Origin: Acholeplasmataceae bacterium
Lineage (GTDB): Bacteria; Bacillota_I; Bacilli_A; Acholeplasmatales; Acholeplasmataceae
Direction of reading: 5' to 3'
Length of the DNA: 64,000 nt
NCBI GenBank assembly: GCA_963675245.1
Contig: OY775910.1
Location: 1,408,001-1,472,000 of the forward strand
Part shown: positions 10,320 through 20,128 of the stretch, in pieces
Numbering within the stretch: position 1 is the first letter of the stretch
Layout of the letters: the number at the start of each line of letters is the position of its first letter
Notes under the pieces: generated by a model
What the model saw: the letters and a program-made list of their open reading frames with translations, nothing else
Told to the model about the DNA's origin: nothing
Databases searched by the model: none
Position numbers and translations under genes: made by a program

Positions 10320-11576
10320 ATGATGAAAAATAATTTAGTTTATTACATCATGACCTATATTATGTTTTTGTATCCTCCATTTATCTATTTTATGGTCATG
10401 ATAAATTTTGATGATATTAGTGATCAAAATACTTGGATTATTGGGATTATTGTTAATGTCATCCTTGTTTTAATAACGACATTAATCCTTTATCTTTTGG
10501 CATTAAAGAAAAAAATTCCAAAGATTGAAAGTGATGAAAAAAATCATGTCATTTTTGGTTATATTGGTAATCTGATTGTCTTTTTATATGTATATCAATA
10601 TTTGATGAATATTGAAATGTATGTTTCAGTATTTAGCTTAGTTTTCATTCTTGTATTAGCATATAAATATTTAATATCAAAAAAGGTTTCTTTCAAAGAA
10701 ATTTTAATATTTAGTATTGTATTTGGTGTGATTGACTACATTGTTATTATCTTTTCTGGTAATACGTTATTTAATGAATATGTACCATTTACTGATGCAC
10801 AATCTATTACCTTTCAAATATTTTTGTTAGGTGCTTTATTATTTACCATCGGTTGGTATGGATTAAAATTATATAGAAACCATCACTGGAATGTGCTTAG
10901 ATATGTGTTGTTAGGCTTTATTGTCGCATCCATATTCACATTTTATGCTGATATGCAGGAAGAAGTTATCGCAACCATAGCTATTATTTCCGTTTTTACG
11001 TGGCTCATTGATATTATCTTAAGATTGATTCATAAAGAATTTAAAGTTACGGATCTTGTATTTTATGCAAGATTGATTATGTTAGTAGTTGTTATTTTAA
11101 TGATTAAAGTTCTAGATCTTTATGAATTCCCAAATTTTGATATTGAAATGATGTTTTTATTAATTTCTATATTCTATGTCACTGCTTTTTCTGATATCAT
11201 TATGAACATCACACCAAAGAAGCAAGAAGCTATTAATCTTAACTTAACAGTCACTGAATACATTAAACAACTTTATAATCCAGTTACATCCAGATATAAA
11301 GATGTCTTAGTCTTTACAAAATGTGACATGTTAGATCTTGATCTAAGTAAATTGGGACGTAATATTATTCTCAAACATGATATGAATGACATTGAGCAAT
11401 TTGAAAAGAATTCATTATCATTTGTCATTGTCTATGAAGATGAACTAAAAGATATTGAACGCATTAGGAATCAATTTGGTAACTTAAATATATGTGTGAT
11501 CAGTGCTAAAAATTTAACCAACCCATTATTTAAATCAAGTTATACTGATTATCAAAACTATATATATACACTTTAA
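10320..11576 (+). CDS. Hypothetical polytopic membrane protein with soluble C-terminal domain
   Basis: RBS GGAGG; about 10 hydrophobic segments then ~120 hydrophilic residues. Confidence 0.75.
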   Translation: MMKNNLVYYIMTYIMFLYPPFIYFMVMINFDDISDQNTWIIGIIVNVILVLITTLILYLLALKKKIPKIESDEKNHVIFGYIGNLIVFLYVYQYLMNIEMYVSVFSLVFILVLAYKYLISKKVSFKEILIFSIVFGVIDYIVIIFSGNTLFNEYVPFTDAQSITFQIFLLGALLFTIGWYGLKLYRNHHWNVLRYVLLGFIVASIFTFYADMQEEVIATIAIISVFTWLIDIILRLIHKEFKVTDLVFYARLIMLVVVILMIKVLDLYEFPNFDIEMMFLLISIFYVTAFSDIIMNITPKKQEAINLNLTVTEYIKQLYNPVTSRYKDVLVFTKCDMLDLDLSKLGRNIILKHDMNDIEQFEKNSLSFVIVYEDELKDIERIRNQFGNLNICVISAKNLTNPLFKSSYTDYQNYIYTL

Positions 11577-11635
11577 ACCGTATGCATTCAAGAATGATCC
11601 TTATATAGTTACAAAAATATAAAGGTGGATAAACG

Positions 11636-12613
11636 ATGAAAGTAATGTATTGTCAGAAGTATGGTGGACCTGAGGTATACCAATTAAAAGAATTGGATAA
11701 ACCCACACCGAGAGAAGATGAACTTCTAGTGAAAGTTTATCGAGCGATAGTATCTCCAACAGATGCTAATTTTAGAAGTGGAAGTCCTTTTATTGCACGT
11801 TTATTTAGCGGACTGTTTTCACCGAAAAAGAAAGTTCATGGTGAAATGTTTGCCGGTATCGTTCATGGTATTGGTGAATCGATAAAAGATTTTAAAGTGG
11901 GTGATATCGTTTATGGAACAAATGGTATGGCACTTGGTGCTTATGCAGACTATCTGACTGTTAATATTAAAGAAGCAATTAAGAAAGTTCCAAAAGATTT
12001 AAATTATAAAGAGGTTTTACCATTACTTGATGGCGGAATTACTGCTTTACCTTTCTTAAAAGAATTAGGAAAAGTAAAAGAAGGAGATCATGTATTGGTT
12101 AATGGAGCAAGTGGTGCTGTGGGGAGTATGGGCGTGATGATAGCGAAACACTTAGGCGCAACAGTGACAGGTGTATGCAGCACGAAAAATGTTGATTTAG
12201 TTAAATCATTAGGTGCAGATCATGTTATTGACTACAAACAAGAGGACTTTACAAAACAAGAAAACACTTATGATCTTATATTTGATGCCGTTGGAAAATC
12301 TAATTTCTCTATTTGCAAGAAATCATTAATAGAACATGGCATGTATATCACTACAGTTCCAACACTTGGCGTCATGTGGCAAGCTATGACAAAAAAGAAT
12401 TCGAACAAGAAAAAGACAAGCTTTATGGCTGCTGGTCTTAGAAAACCAGATGTTAAAATTAGAGATCTTGAGTATCTAGAAGAACTCGTAAGACAAAAAG
12501 AAATAAAGGCACTACATAGCCAAGTCTTTCCATTTGAGAAGCTTGGTGAAGCACAAGCTTATGTTGAGACTGGTCATAAGGTAGGCAATGTCACTTTAAG
12601 TGTTAACGAATAA
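11636..12613 (+). CDS. NAD(P)-dependent MDR-family (quinone oxidoreductase-like) dehydrogenase
   Basis: YGGPEV, NGASGAVG, LGADHVIDY, YDLIFDAVG, GHKVGNV motifs. Confidence 0.9.
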   Translation: MKVMYCQKYGGPEVYQLKELDKPTPREDELLVKVYRAIVSPTDANFRSGSPFIARLFSGLFSPKKKVHGEMFAGIVHGIGESIKDFKVGDIVYGTNGMALGAYADYLTVNIKEAIKKVPKDLNYKEVLPLLDGGITALPFLKELGKVKEGDHVLVNGASGAVGSMGVMIAKHLGATVTGVCSTKNVDLVKSLGADHVIDYKQEDFTKQENTYDLIFDAVGKSNFSICKKSLIEHGMYITTVPTLGVMWQAMTKKNSNKKKTSFMAAGLRKPDVKIRDLEYLEELVRQKEIKALHSQVFPFEKLGEAQAYVETGHKVGNVTLSVNE

Positions 12614-12616
12614 AAT

Positions 12617-12648
12617 AAAGGAATGAGCATCGTTGCTCATTCCTTTTT
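12617..12648. terminator. Intrinsic terminator
   Basis: AAAGGAATGAGCA-tcgt-TGCTCATTCCTTT plus T tail. Confidence 0.85.
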
Positions 12649-12733
12649 AATGCGATTCATGTTATTGTTAAACTTTGAGTAATAGAGTTATTTGTATATT
12701 TAGGAATGCCAAACCACTCATTTAAGCCATCAA

Positions 12734-13831
12734 TTACTCATAAACTGTTTTATTACGACCACTTGCTTTTGCTTTATACAAGTTCGTATCAGCTCGAAAG
12801 ATAATATCTTTAACATCATCATTAGGTGAAATGTTGGTCACACCAATACTAATTGTAGCAACATGCTTTTCTTTAGCGGTTATTTCTGAAACTCTTTTTC
12901 TTAATCTTTCAGCAAGATCAAATGTTGATTTTTCACTAAAAAACTTAGTTAAAACAATGAATTCTTCACCACCATACCTACCAATTACATCATTATTAGG
13001 TAATGAATTTTTAATAGTATCAGCGATTTTCTTTAAAATATCGTCACCATATTGATGTCCCCAGGTATCATTAATTGTTTTAAAGTGATCAACATCAATC
13101 ATCATTAAAGAGATTTTTTCATCGGTCTTTTTAATTAAATTTAGTTTGTCTTCCAAAACACCAAAAAAAGTTTGACGTTGATAAACACCAGTTAAATGAT
13201 CTATAGATGATAATTCTTCCAATAACGTATTCTTGACTTCTAAACTCTTAACTAAATTAATATTTTGATCTCTCTCATATATATAACGATTAAGAGTAAG
13301 ATGACTTACGATGACAAGACTGATACCAGCTGCCAATACACCGAAAATATTATCAATCAAGACTGAGCTTTCATCTGTATAAGTAATAACCAAATTAGGA
13401 TAATGAAAAGAAAGAATCATGATAGAAGTATAAATAGTAGATAGTAAGATGGTTGTAAATATAGTACTTTTCATTGATTCAGTATATAAGGCAAAATAAG
13501 CAATAATCATTACGAAATATAGAGGAGAAGCACCGTTATAACCACCGTTAATAAAATAATTGAAGGGTATATATAACAAAGCAAATAAATAAATAATAAC
13601 TAACGCAAACTTTTCAATTTTTTCAGGTAATAGTGATATGAAAATTATACACATTAGCATGATAACGAGATTTGGTATATTCATCCAAAAAGGAATGTCA
13701 AAGAAAAAATTCATGACAAATGCTAACGAAGACATCAGAAGTCCAGTCAGAATATAAATAACCGCCAGTTTTTGTCGGTAACTTAACTCGCGATAATTAA
13801 ATATTGGTAATGATTTTAATGATTTCATCAA
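12734..13831 (-). CDS. Membrane-bound diguanylate cyclase (GGDEF domain)
   Basis: About six N-terminal TMs; DHLTG, DVDHFKTINDTWGH, RYGGEEF, KASGRN. Confidence 0.92.
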   Translation of the reverse strand: MMKSLKSLPIFNYRELSYRQKLAVIYILTGLLMSSLAFVMNFFFDIPFWMNIPNLVIMLMCIIFISLLPEKIEKFALVIIYLFALLYIPFNYFINGGYNGASPLYFVMIIAYFALYTESMKSTIFTTILLSTIYTSIMILSFHYPNLVITYTDESSVLIDNIFGVLAAGISLVIVSHLTLNRYIYERDQNINLVKSLEVKNTLLEELSSIDHLTGVYQRQTFFGVLEDKLNLIKKTDEKISLMMIDVDHFKTINDTWGHQYGDDILKKIADTIKNSLPNNDVIGRYGGEEFIVLTKFFSEKSTFDLAERLRKRVSEITAKEKHVATISIGVTNISPNDDVKDIIFRADTNLYKAKASGRNKTVYE

Positions 13832-13967
13832 CTACCTCCATAAATATGCAAGATTCTCATGTATGTATTTACTTTGATATTAGAATTATATATGTAATTC
13901 AGATGAAACACAAGTAAATCTATCAACGCCTATTCAATTAAATCAAAAGATTCGTTACGAATTCCAT

Positions 13968-13994
13968 AAAAAAATACCCAGTTATTTGGGTATT
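13968..13994 (-). terminator. Terminator downstream of tmRNA
   Basis: Minus strand AATACCCA-aataac-TGGGTATT followed by a T run. Confidence 0.75.
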
Positions 13995-14038
13995 AGTTCA
14001 TAATCACTTCTAGAGTAAAAGTGAACTTTGAGTTTATT

Positions 14039-14381
14039 TGGTGGAGATGAGGGGATTTGAACCCCTGTGCAAGACACTTCCTAAAATACTTTCTACATGT
14101 TTAGTCCGTTTCTGTATTCACCTAGCAACTTAAACGAACAAAGCTTTACTAGACTAGCCTATTTAGTTCTTCATTGAGCCTAGGCTACTCAATGGGATAG
14201 CTTGCTAAGTGTTAGGCTTAAATAGCATCACAAGCAAATGCTAAATCAGCTCGCTAGTCCTTTTCTTAGGCAGCGTAAGTTAATTGAGTGTTTCCGGTTA
14301 TTAAAACCTCGGCTTTTTTACATGAGCAACCATGACATGCTTATATTTAATTTCATGCCGTGACGAATCCAGAACATCCCC
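14039..14381 (-). ncRNA. ssrA: tmRNA (transfer-messenger RNA); tag peptide (A)GNTQLTYAA*
   Basis: 5' GGGGATGTTCTGGATTCG; 3' T-arm GGGGTTCAAATCCCC and CATCTCCACCA acceptor end; tag ORF 14295-14266 after ATAACC; promoter TTTACA-17-TATGAT upstream. Confidence 0.95.
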
Positions 14382-14451
14382 AGCGAACATATCATACATC
14401 AAAAGAAATGAAATGTAAAGATATGTTCTTGATTAAGTGGTAAAATAATTG

Positions 14452-14636
14452 AATATGCTGTTAAAATGCAATGAATTAGTAATAAAATAGCAAATCGGAC
14501 ATAAACGCCCTACTAAAAATGCTTTAAATATCATATGATAATTAAGTGGGGGGATGTCCGGGGGGATATTTCGGTATCCACGCATTCTCCAATATTATGT
14601 GTGATACCAGAGGCATTGCTCGCAATGTCTCTTTTT
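14452..14636 (+). ncRNA. Candidate structured non-coding RNA, 6S-RNA-like rod with A-rich internal bubble
   Basis: Extended -10 TGgTAAAAT 14438-14446; nested pairings AATAT/ATATT, AATGC/GCATT, TCGGACAT/ATGTCCGG, CCCTACT/AGTGGGG; own terminator 14609-14636; no long ORF. Confidence 0.55.
14609..14636 (+). terminator. Intrinsic terminator of the candidate ncRNA
   Basis: AGAGGCATTGC-tc-GCAATGTCTCT followed by TTTT. Confidence 0.8.
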
Positions 14637-14701
14637 GTTTTTGATAGATTGATATACCATATAATGGTATAATAAATTAAACTAACAAGGAGTGTGTATA
14701 T

Positions 14702-15355
14702 ATGTTAAAATCGATCATCTTTGATATGGATGGCACAATACTCGATACAATTCAAGATCTTACGACAAGTGTTAATTTTGCACTTAAAAAATATGATCTA
14801 CCTTTAAAATCAATATCTGAGGTGAAATTGGCAGTAGGTAGTGGGGCAAAAGAACTCATCAGACGTGTTATAAAAAATGGTTATGATAACCCTATGTTTG
14901 AGGAGATTTATCAGACCTATCAAACGTATTATGATGCACATCGTATGGTTAAAACTGCACCTTATCCCGATATATTGGCACTTTTACGTCAATTGAAGTA
15001 TGATGGGTATAAGCTAGCAGTAGTTTCTAATAAACATGATTATTTAGTAAAAACACTAAATGACCAGCTATTTGAAGGATTATTTGAAGTTGCTGTAGGT
15101 GAAACCAAGGAAAGACCACTTAAACCAGCTCCAGATGTGATATATGATGTATTAAATATGTTGAATATCACAGTTGAAGAAGCTGTTTTTGTTGGCGATT
15201 CTAATGTCGATATTATTACAGCAAAGAACGCCGGTATGACATCAATTGGTGTCACCTGGGGTTTTAGAGGATATGAAGAACTTAAAGATGAAGGGGCTAC
15301 CTATATTATCGATAAACCACTTCAATTGCTAGATACAATAAAGGAGATTAAATAG
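14702..15355 (+). CDS. HAD family hydrolase (phosphoglycolate phosphatase-like)
   Basis: FDMDGT motif I, VSNK, KPAP, VGDS..D; own TGgTATAAT promoter and AGGAG RBS. Confidence 0.9.
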   Translation: MLKSIIFDMDGTILDTIQDLTTSVNFALKKYDLPLKSISEVKLAVGSGAKELIRRVIKNGYDNPMFEEIYQTYQTYYDAHRMVKTAPYPDILALLRQLKYDGYKLAVVSNKHDYLVKTLNDQLFEGLFEVAVGETKERPLKPAPDVIYDVLNMLNITVEEAVFVGDSNVDIITAKNAGMTSIGVTWGFRGYEELKDEGATYIIDKPLQLLDTIKEIK

Positions 15356-15356
15356 T

Positions 15357-17672
15357 ATGTCACTGATTAAATTAGAGAATATAGCAAAGTACTATAAATC
15401 AGCAGAAACTGTTTCAGTTGGTATGAAACATGTCAGTCTCAATTTTGATATTGGTGAATTTGTCGCGATCACTGGTGAATCTGGTGCAGGGAAATCTACC
15501 TTATTAAATGTTTTATCAGGACTTGATAAATATGAGGAAGGCGAATATTTTCTTAATGGCGAAGAAACGTCACATTTTACCATTCGTGATTGGGAGAAAT
15601 TTAGAGGTGCGTACATCGGCTTTGTCTTCCAGGATTACAATATCATTGATAGTTATACGGTATTACAAAACGTTTTATTAGCCTTAGAAGTACAGGGTTA
15701 TGATCCTAAAACAAGGAAACAAAGAGCGTTAGAATTAATTGATCGTGTTGGATTGACGAGCCACAAGAGTCATAAAGCTTCTAAACTTTCTGGTGGTCAG
15801 AAACAACGATGTGTGATTGCGAGAGCACTTGCAAAAGACTGTCCGATTATTGTTGCTGATGAACCAACTGGTAACCTTGATTCAAAATCGGGAGAACAAA
15901 TTATCAATTTACTTCATGAGGTATCAAAAGATAAATTAGTGATTATTGTAACGCATGATTATAATCACGTCGAACAATATGTCACAAGAAAAATTTTGAT
16001 GCATGATGGCGAAGTAGTTGAAGATAAAAAAATTAAATCAACAGAAATCTTAAAAGCCAAAGAGGTACCTCATATTAGAAATATGAATGTCCTCATGTTA
16101 TTAAAGTTCGCTTTTAGAAATTTATTCTCAACACCCAAAAAACTTATATTTATAATGTTAATGCAAATCATCGTGGTGGCTGTGTTTACAGTTGTCTATA
16201 CCAATCAGATTAGTCAAATCAGAGAAACTGGTCTTGATTCAAGTTATACCCAGATTTATCCGTCAGTACCGGAAACAAGATTAGTTGTTGAAAAACGTGA
16301 TGGTACGCCTTTTACAGACGCAGAAATAACATCTATTAATCGTAATCGATATGTGAATAATGTTTATGAATATGGATTAAATTTCTTTAATGAACGTACG
16401 ATTTATTATGGCATAACGGAATATGAATATACATATTATAGAGAATTAGGAGATACAGATACATCCAAAACGTTGATTCAAAGTGATGTTGATGGTAATC
16501 TTCCAGTTGAAATGAACGAAGTAGTTCTTACGAATTATCGATATTATGACTTCCAAATTGGTCAAACCATTGAATTATTTGCAGGTCCAAACAACTATTT
16601 TGGTCCTTTTGGTAATGACGTTGATGTCTATTATGGTAACAACTCATTTAGTTATGAATCAATTGGTGAATTTGAAATTGTTGGATTTGATAACTTAAGT
16701 AGAGATGTGATATATTTTTCAGAAGCATTTTTAACACAAAACTATTATGATGACGCATATTTAGATAACGATCCACTCATTAATCCATATATTGATCAAA
16801 GTGCCTATAGTAGATTGTTTCAAACGATCTACGATAGTATGGAGATTACAGTTGATGATGTAACATTCAGTTATTTTTCAACTGATGTGAATAATACATA
16901 TGATGTGGTTATTAATTCATATGAAGATACGACCGAAACCGTCATGGAACACAATGATTTTACATTCTCATTCATGGATCCAACATATGGAATGTATACG
17001 ACATCACTGACTAATTTATCAGTTTATCGTAGAGGACCCTTATCGTTTAATTCATATATAACGATTGATGAAGAGATTATGCATTCTGTCATGAATGAGA
17101 TGATGACTCATTTTGAAGAATTCTATACATTGGAAGTTCCAAAATCAGTTGTATCAGTTAGTGTCGATGGTTATCATAATGGTACAAGATTTATCGAAAC
17201 CATTGATCAATCCGTTTATAAAGTCTATTATCCAGCTAATTTAGCTGATCCGATGCGTGATTTTCTTGTTTTCTTGTATAGCGTATTGGCTATTTTCTTC
17301 TTGGGTATATTTGGTATGTTCTTATATTCTATCGTACATGCGGTCACCAAAAATGTTATGGCAGCTAGAAAGCGAGATTTCGCTATTTTCAGATCGGTAG
17401 GAACAAGTGAAACGACATTAGGAAGACTAGTTGTTCTAGAACAGATCATCATGAATGTTGTAGCGTTTGTGATTGTTGTAGTAGGTATTCAAATATTAAG
17501 AGCAAACGTATCACTAATCAGAGCAGAATTATCTTACATGGAATTACAAGATTATATTATATTACTTGTTGCCTTTGCATTATTCGGTGCATGGTTAGGC
17601 TTAAGATTTAATAAGAAGGTCTTTAAACAAACCGTTATCGAGTCATTAACATCAAGTAAGGGTGGTGAGTAG
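15357..17672 (+). CDS. ABC transporter, fused ATPase and FtsX/MacB-like permease
   Basis: Walker A GESGAGKST, LSGGQ, ADEPTG; one TM, large extracellular loop, three C-terminal TMs. Confidence 0.9.
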   Translation: MSLIKLENIAKYYKSAETVSVGMKHVSLNFDIGEFVAITGESGAGKSTLLNVLSGLDKYEEGEYFLNGEETSHFTIRDWEKFRGAYIGFVFQDYNIIDSYTVLQNVLLALEVQGYDPKTRKQRALELIDRVGLTSHKSHKASKLSGGQKQRCVIARALAKDCPIIVADEPTGNLDSKSGEQIINLLHEVSKDKLVIIVTHDYNHVEQYVTRKILMHDGEVVEDKKIKSTEILKAKEVPHIRNMNVLMLLKFAFRNLFSTPKKLIFIMLMQIIVVAVFTVVYTNQISQIRETGLDSSYTQIYPSVPETRLVVEKRDGTPFTDAEITSINRNRYVNNVYEYGLNFFNERTIYYGITEYEYTYYRELGDTDTSKTLIQSDVDGNLPVEMNEVVLTNYRYYDFQIGQTIELFAGPNNYFGPFGNDVDVYYGNNSFSYESIGEFEIVGFDNLSRDVIYFSEAFLTQNYYDDAYLDNDPLINPYIDQSAYSRLFQTIYDSMEITVDDVTFSYFSTDVNNTYDVVINSYEDTTETVMEHNDFTFSFMDPTYGMYTTSLTNLSVYRRGPLSFNSYITIDEEIMHSVMNEMMTHFEEFYTLEVPKSVVSVSVDGYHNGTRFIETIDQSVYKVYYPANLADPMRDFLVFLYSVLAIFFLGIFGMFLYSIVHAVTKNVMAARKRDFAIFRSVGTSETTLGRLVVLEQIIMNVVAFVIVVVGIQILRANVSLIRAELSYMELQDYIILLVAFALFGAWLGLRFNKKVFKQTVIESLTSSKGGE

Positions 17673-17673
17673 A

Positions 17674-20097
17674 ATGATTCAATTAAAAGCACTCCATAAG
17701 TATTTTAACAGAAGAAAACGTAATGAAATTCACGTCTTAAACGACATTACATTAGACTTGCCAGAAAAAGGACTTGTTGTCTTATTAGGGCCATCTGGTT
17801 CAGGTAAAACAACGCTTTTAAACGTACTTGGTGGTTTAGACAGTGTCCAAGAAGGTACGATTATCTTTGGTGATAAAACGTTAAAAGGCTATCATGCACA
17901 AGCATGGGATAAAATCAGAAACGAACATGTCGGATATATATTCCAAAACTATAATTTATTACCTGATATGAGTGTCTTTGAAAATATTGCTTTTGTCTTA
18001 AAAATGATGGGTATTAATGACCAAGAGATTATTAAAGAACGCGTAGAATATATTTTAAAAGCAGTTAATATGTTCCCGTTTAGAAAGAAAAAAGCAACAC
18101 AATTATCTGGTGGACAACAACAGCGTGTCGCAATCGCAAGAGCAATTGTTAAAAATCCTAATGTGGTCATTGCTGATGAACCAACAGGTAATTTAGATTC
18201 TAAAAATACACTAGATATCATGAATATCATTAAGCAAATTTCTGAACAAACACTTGTTGTATTAGTGACACATGAAAAGAATATTGCTGAATTATATGCG
18301 GATCGTATCATCGAAATTAAAGATGGTGAGATTATCAGCGATGTTGAAAATAGCTCTGATGGTCATCATGACTTTGGACCTGATGAGACCATCTATTTAA
18401 AAGACTTAAACAAAGTTGATGGCCAAATTGATGACTATTTAAATGTCAATTATTATTCAGATCAAAAACAATCTACACCGATCGAAGTTAGACTTATTGT
18501 TAAGAATAAAACATTGTATTTAGATGTTGACTCTAAGTTTAATAAAGTTAAACTCGTAGACAAAGGATCAGGAATTAAAATCGAAGATGCTCATTATGTT
18601 AAAAAAACAAGAGCAGAACTGATGGAAACAACGTTTAATCGTGATGAAATTGATAATACTAATGTGCCAAGACAAAGACATAGCATAGTCAGTATTAAAC
18701 AATCATTATGGTTAGCGGTTAAGAAAATATTACAAGCAACTAGACGTGGCAAGTTAATGTTATTTGCTTTTGCAGTTGCAGGAATGGTGATTGCATTATC
18801 CATTTCCATGTTTGCCACAGCCGTTATTATTGATCCTGAGCCGAGTATGGTATTAGATCGAGGTTATGTTCGTGTGAACAGTTCCGTTTATTTTGATACT
18901 GCTGATATCAATTATTTAGAAGGTTTAACAGATACAGATGACTCATACTTTATCAATCCTTATGGATCAATTTCAGCCTATTTCTTAACACCACAGGGCA
19001 CTAATGGTTCATTAACTATTTCAGGAAATATCAATTTATTTAAAGTATTGAATGATAGACAATTAGATAAAGGGTCTATACCTGAAGAAGGTAGTTTAGG
19101 TATCGTTGTTACTAGAGCATTAGCAGATAATTTAATTGCTTCATACCAAGGACAAGATTTTGGGATTTGGAATGATGATGCATTGTTAAATGAATCAGTG
19201 AACATTGCTGGTTTAACAGTACCAATCACGGGAATTGCAAAATCTGGCATTGAAATGATTTATATGAGTGATGAATTAGCAGCAACATACTTATTATCGC
19301 TTAGTAACCAATATGCGGTTATAACAAATGAATTTTTAGATGAGTATAGTTCTGCAGATTTAGCATACGGTGATTTGCCAACCTCTAGTGTTGGACAAGT
19401 CATTTCAACCACGTTGTTTACATCGTTATTACCGCTTACTAATCCTGCTACTGCATCTTTTCCAATTACGACAGATGGATATGTGATCACTGGTCTAATT
19501 GAAAGTGATGACATGATCATTTACATGTATAAAGATGCATTTATTCGCTCTTATTTAGAAAGCAGTAGAACGTTATTCATTCATTCTAATGATGCACCTG
19601 AACTCATTGAAAAATTAAAATCAGATGGTGAACTTACTGGTACATTTACGGATATCTATCAAACCGCATTTGATTCGTTGAGACAACAACAACAATTAAT
19701 TCTTGCCTCATCAATTACAACATTTGCTATTCTCATTGGTGCATCACTGATCGGATTTTATTTCGTTATAAGATCATCATTGATTTCGAGAATATATGAA
19801 GTCAGTGTCTATCGTGCATTAGGTGTACACAAACGAGATATATTCAGTAGTTTCCTTGTTGAAATATCAATCTTAACAACAGTATCAACATTATTAGGTT
19901 ATTTACTAGCAACCATGTTATTAAGCCGATTAACTCAAGGTTTACTTGGTGATTTAAACTTTATTTTGGTGACACCACTTACGATTGGTGCAGGGTTAAT
20001 ATTAGTGTATGGGTTAAATATTTTAGCGGGGATCGCACCAGTTTATTTCCTCTTAAGAAAAACACCTGCACAAATCTTATCACAATACGATATTTAA
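17674..20097 (+). CDS. ABC transporter, fused ATPase and FtsX/MacB-like permease (second paralog)
   Basis: [24 protein letters not shown]-terminal FtsX TMs; start ATG 17674 after GGTGGTG. Confidence 0.9.
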   Translation: MIQLKALHKYFNRRKRNEIHVLNDITLDLPEKGLVVLLGPSGSGKTTLLNVLGGLDSVQEGTIIFGDKTLKGYHAQAWDKIRNEHVGYIFQNYNLLPDMSVFENIAFVLKMMGINDQEIIKERVEYILKAVNMFPFRKKKATQLSGGQQQRVAIARAIVKNPNVVIADEPTGNLDSKNTLDIMNIIKQISEQTLVVLVTHEKNIAELYADRIIEIKDGEIISDVENSSDGHHDFGPDETIYLKDLNKVDGQIDDYLNVNYYSDQKQSTPIEVRLIVKNKTLYLDVDSKFNKVKLVDKGSGIKIEDAHYVKKTRAELMETTFNRDEIDNTNVPRQRHSIVSIKQSLWLAVKKILQATRRGKLMLFAFAVAGMVIALSISMFATAVIIDPEPSMVLDRGYVRVNSSVYFDTADINYLEGLTDTDDSYFINPYGSISAYFLTPQGTNGSLTISGNINLFKVLNDRQLDKGSIPEEGSLGIVVTRALADNLIASYQGQDFGIWNDDALLNESVNIAGLTVPITGIAKSGIEMIYMSDELAATYLLSLSNQYAVITNEFLDEYSSADLAYGDLPTSSVGQVISTTLFTSLLPLTNPATASFPITTDGYVITGLIESDDMIIYMYKDAFIRSYLESSRTLFIHSNDAPELIEKLKSDGELTGTFTDIYQTAFDSLRQQQQLILASSITTFAILIGASLIGFYFVIRSSLISRIYEVSVYRALGVHKRDIFSSFLVEISILTTVSTLLGYLLATMLLSRLTQGLLGDLNFILVTPLTIGAGLILVYGLNILAGIAPVYFLLRKTPAQILSQYDI

Positions 20098-20098
20098 C

Positions 20099-20124
20099 AA
20101 AAAAAGGCTCTATGGAGCCTTTTT
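20099..20124. terminator. Bidirectional terminator
   Basis: AAAAAGGCTC-tatg-GAGCCTTTTT. Confidence 0.85.
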
Positions 20125-20128
20125 CTTT

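Noticed and set aside
12671..14040. AACTTTGAGT..TTATTTG near 12671 and just downstream of ssrA (~14024) as att sites around the GGDEF gene
   Set aside because: Only about 10 bp in AT-rich DNA, excludes the tmRNA 3' end, and no integrase is present
14039..14070. Standalone tRNA
   Set aside because: The T-arm and CCA belong to tmRNA; no anticodon arm
14546..14636. Known riboswitch (fluoride, c-di-GMP, ZTP, yybP) or SRP RNA
   Set aside because: Consensus motifs are absent by eye and the HAD gene has its own promoter after the terminator
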